A stretch of DNA of 64,000 nt from Tubiluchus corallicola (Eukaryota; Animalia; Priapulida): NCBI GenBank assembly GCA_030141605.1, contig JAQGDQ010000037.1:947118-1011117 (forward strand), written 5' to 3'. Below the pieces are notes generated by a model. That model was given only the letters and a program-made list of their open reading frames with translations. It did not search any database and was not told the DNA's origin. Shown piece by piece: positions 1 to 64,000 of the stretch (positions are counted from its first letter, which is position 1; every line of letters begins with the position of its first letter). Both the position numbers and the translations under genes were made by a program.

Positions 1-2139
1 ATGGCCCAGAAGAAAAGAATCAGAACGAATTAAACTGTGAACATTGAAAACTTTGCTTGTTGCAAACGTAAGGGAACTTTTTAATTATGCAAATTAGTGA
101 ACAAAATCTTGCTCGCCAGTTAATTTAATTTAATTATCCAGCCATTTCTTTAATCGATGAGGGCATCAAGAAGCAAATTCATTTTTCTTGATTTGTTGTC
201 GTGATTGGGTAACATCAAAAACTAGCTACATGCGCATCAAAGTTTACTGTGTTCAAAATCAAAATTTCGACAAGTATTTACTTCTAGCTTTACACTATCC
301 AGGCAAAAAGTATAAAAGTGCACAAATGACAACACTTTTCGCCTTAAATGTCGGTAACAATGACATTGGAGATAATGTTGTTTTTTCGATGTGCAGACGA
401 CTCTCTGTTTAGAAAATTTGTTGTATTCGTCAAATACGCGTACTAGAATAGAATAGAAATTTATTTTTTCCTTGGATACATGATACATACAACTTATTTC
501 CATTACGGTATAAGTGTTAGTATAAAAGTTAAATCACAAAAATATAATACATAGATGCTACTAAAATGCTGCAGATTACTATACAGTAAGCTAAGATTAT
601 GGACAAATCAAGTAATAATAAAAGCGCAAGTTAAAAGTCAAATGTAGGGTAAATCGTTGAGTAATATCACAAGCAACTAATCACCAGTTAAGGGAATGTA
701 AATGAAACAGAAGGGTAAATGCTACGGATGTTATATTGTAAACTACTAGCAGGTATGAATTATTGTATGAATTAAAAAAATGATGCAAAATCCAGGTTGC
801 AAAAATTGTAGAATTAAAAAATAGTGAATGGTGAATACTAGGATGTTGTGTGTTATGCAGCGTACAGAAACTCAAAAAATAACGAGATTAGTCAATAGTC
901 TGATCACTAACTAGAGCAGGTTAGAAGAGGAGGAGAGAGAAGGAGCGGAGAGGAGGGTTGAGAAGAGATGTGTTAAAAGGGGGTGAGGTCTTAGCTCAAG
1001 ATTGATTGTAATTCTTATATTACGACTCTTAGATCAGAATATATTTGCAATTCTTACATTACGAAAGTACTTGAACCTTTAGATTTTGGCAGTAATCATC
1101 GTGACAAGTTAAAATCACTTGCATGCAGCACATTGCCATAGTCATCAACTGAATAATGTAACATTTTTTCTTATATTCTGCATTTTGATTAAAAGCAAAA
1201 GAATACCAAAAATCTCTGATCATGACGGATTTCAGATAAATAAATAAATTTATCTATAAAGTTCAAAGGTCGAATAAATTGTTCGAATTGAAAAATTATT
1301 TGATCGTATACATACTTGAGGTATTTAGCTAATCGAGTTAATCCAATCGTTTAGTAGACTTTTTTAACCGAAGCTGACCAGTCACTCAGTCGACCCGGGT
1401 GTCAAAACAATTATGCAAATACGTTAAGTAAATTTGTACTTTGGTCTACTTTTTCTAGACGTCCTTGCATAATAAGCAAAAACGAAAAAATTGTGCAAGT
1501 GGAATAAATGTTTTTAGACTTTTTTATTGTCGGAGCAGCTTCTCAATTACTGTGGCATTCAGTCCGCAGAGTGCCGAGCTCAAAACTTAATAAATTTTCG
1601 ATTTTGAGCACGGTACAGACATTTTACAAACAAAACAAAGAATGTATTTCTTAAACCAATCAAAGAGTTTTGCTGAAAACTGTTGCAGTCAAAATCGCCC
1701 GCAGAAATTCTCAGCTGAATTAAAATTCTACTGTTCTACTGTTTAGCGTCCCGTCGTAGTACTAATAAAAGAAAGAAACGCACGGCGAAACTGGCCTGCC
1801 AAAAATATTAGTTATTATAAGTGTGCGTACGCCTTTGCCTTAAAGTAAATAAAATAAGCTAAATATACAGAATAAATAGAGCAAAATAATTCAGTTTATA
1901 TACTCTAAACAAAGTGAACATAAAAATCATTCACTGATCAACCACGAACAATACGAAGCAAAAACAAAATACTGTGATCAGTAATCAACTCCATTTCATT
2001 GTTAAATATTTACCTTTCTTCATTACCATGATCATTGTTATCTAAACAACAAGCTGTTCATTACGTGAATCTTCTTCAGCTTCATAAATCGAAACGGGGG
2101 ACTGATTTTCTTTATTGGAAAATCGATGTAAGTAGTTGT

Positions 2140-2415
2140 GTAATTCGGCGCCGCACGGGGCTGCCTTGATGAGTGATGCGCGTCTTCTCTTTCTAGAGTT
2201 GGTGAAACCACGCGCGCGACAGCTGAAACGTTGCGAGTGTGTGAAGCCATTTCGTGCAGAGTAGCGCATCCTACTCAAGCCTACGTGGTTTTGCGATAAA
2301 CTCCTGGAAAAAAACAGCCGAGATGCAGCTTAATATCAAAGTGTGTTACAAAGCGTGCTAAAGAATCTTACCATCCGTGTATGCATCGCTAAACTACACG
2401 TACACATCAGAATAA
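2140..2415 (+). promoter_or_regulatory. Putative promoter and non-coding first exon of the RGS gene
   Basis: Local CpG/GC-rich patch (ggcgccgcacggggc, cacgcgcgcgac) in an AT-rich background. A consensus donor AA|GTAAGT at 2416-2421 can pair with the acceptor at 3510. Two short uATG ORFs start at 2322 and 2381. The TSS cannot be determined. Confidence 0.5.
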
Positions 2416-2869
2416 GTAAGTTAGCTTTAACATTCTCGTTCGTTATTGTTTGCTTTATATATAAACTTTATTTATTTTAAGTGGGTTTACAACACAGTAT
2501 CTGTTCACAGTATTTCCACTATGTGCAGTGCAGGAGAAATGTATTATATCTCAGTTAAGGAGTCGTTTGTTTTGTTTCAGTTGCTTGTTTTACTTCAGCG
2601 TAGCAAAATATTTGTGTGATTTTGAAGTTGTTCCATTTCAAATCACTTGACTTCAATTTTACTCATTTTTCTTTATCTCACTTTATAATTGCACCGCTCA
2701 CTTTTCTTACAGTTAGCACCCATATTTAAAGTAGAATCGACATTTGTGACCCAAAACATCAAGCATAAGACATTTGCACCAATCTTACGAAAATTATCAA
2801 TCACACGTTGAAATATTATTATTTGCATGTAAAAGTTGCAGAATTTCATGTTTAAGTCAGCAGGTCTAC

Positions 2870-3071
2870 AATAATGTTGCCGTCAGCACCTCCGTTGATT
2901 GTCCGTTGAGGCGCTGATCCGTGGTCCTCACTTCATCCCCTGACAGTGACTCTTTGACCACTTTTAAAATGTGGAAGTGGCTTTTTCGAGTGGTGGTTCT
3001 TTGTCCGGGGTGGCCTTTTAGCTCGTGGTCGTTTCACTGGTGGTCCTTTGTCGGGTGGGTCTTTGCCTACC
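2870..3071. mobile_element. End of a MITE/foldback-like element with ~15-bp GGTGGTCCTTTGTCC-type subterminal repeats
   Basis: Repeated gtggtc/tttgtc motifs; reverse-complement similarity to 40701-40860. Confidence 0.55.
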
Positions 3072-3512
3072 AATAAAATAAACTTACAAGATTTTTTGTG
3101 ACTATATATCTAGTAAGATTTAACTTGACTAATTGAAATTATAGACTTTATTTTCCCTATTTCGTTTATGTCAGCCATCTTTGTTGAAATTTGAAAAGAG
3201 AATGTTTACCTTTATATTGCTGTTACTCATTGATATGGCTTCACTAACTTACGGATCAATTTCGTACATAACATACGTGCTTGCAATACCACATCTCTGT
3301 TTGGCTATAAACAACGTCTGTTATATACATGAATTAATTACGTAATAGTCATAATAATTGCTGTTCTATTATGTAAAGTGTAACTGCAGCATTTACCATG
3401 CACGCAGGCTACAGTTTGTAACTAATAGTTTGGTTGATTCTTTACACAGCAGTAAATAATAAGATTGCTTCGCCTTGTTGCATTTTATTTGCAACATTTT
3501 CCAATTTCAGGC

Positions 3513-63249
<59,737 letters not shown>

Positions 63250-64000
63250 TCTCACGCCAGCCTTTTGTCGGGTGAGCGCACAGATCTCTTACACTGTCAC
63301 GGACAACAGCTAAAAGAGGTTTTAACTGTTTGTTAACTGTTTTGGATTGACAATTACAGGTAGCGAAGAAGTAAGAAATACATTGCTATTTAATAGATGC
63401 ATTGTCAAAAAAGTTTTCGTGAAAAATAGTACAGTGTGCTAAAAGAGATCATTGAAAAAACAATGTTACCACGACTTTTTCTTTTTATAATAGATACTGT
63501 TAAATAGAGTAATACTATGAAAACATCTCTATAATGTGTAGTTTTTGAATAACCTCTTTTAGGTCTGTCTTTGATACTGTAACATAAAACAATAGTTTTT
63601 ATTCTTCCAACACTTGTAATTTTCGAAAATATTTTTCAGTTAATTCATGTTTGAAAATAATTTGGATATGTTCGTGCAAAACTATTATACCGTGTCCTAA
63701 ATACTGTCAATCATTTTCCTGTTTTAAGTTTTGTCATTCTATACCCATAGATATAGAACTTTTGTGTAAAAAATCTCTTCTATTTGGTTTGATGCAGTTG
63801 AGTTGTTATTGTGGCACATTGTGTGATGCACGAATGAAGCAATTTTGATGATCAGTACTACATTAATTTCTTGATATTACTACATCGAAGTTGTGCACAG
63901 TCAGATGAACAAATTTACTGCTTGAAGCATGCATGTGTTAATTACTAAAAGCTTGCATATTCTCTTATTGACTTGTCTTTCACTGAGCACTACCTTTCAA

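Noticed and set aside
2042-2064. IRE1/XBP1-type 23-nt unconventional intron
   Set aside because: The length coincides, but there are no paired CNGCNG stem-loops and no bZIP coding sequence.

Overview
This is AT-rich animal genomic DNA, most likely from an invertebrate protostome; the protein C-terminus looks arthropod-like, but the taxon cannot be fixed from the sequence. Almost the whole window is one + strand multi-exon gene encoding an R7-family regulator of G-protein signalling (RGS7/RGS6/egl-10 orthologue; DEP-DHEX-GGL-RGS). I reconstructed 16 coding exons by hand from 3513 to 63249, all with GT-AG introns and consistent phases, giving 1449 nt and 482 aa. There is a probable 5'UTR exon ending at 2415 and a 34.3-kb first coding intron. 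The introns are filled with microsatellites, a 50-bp minisatellite, LINE remnants (RTE, L2, CR1, RTE-X-like), TTAA-flanked Kolobok-like elements, DINE/HINE-like elements and several long inverted repeats. Nearly all ORF-track entries are spurious. I found no convincing new biological system. The best leads are candidate alternative, poison and read-through exons, an RGS9/11-like Cys in the RGS domain, inverted repeats with dsRNA or circRNA potential, a tandemly duplicated LINE insertion, and a possible divergent neighbouring gene. Homology statements come from recall of family sequences, not from searches.
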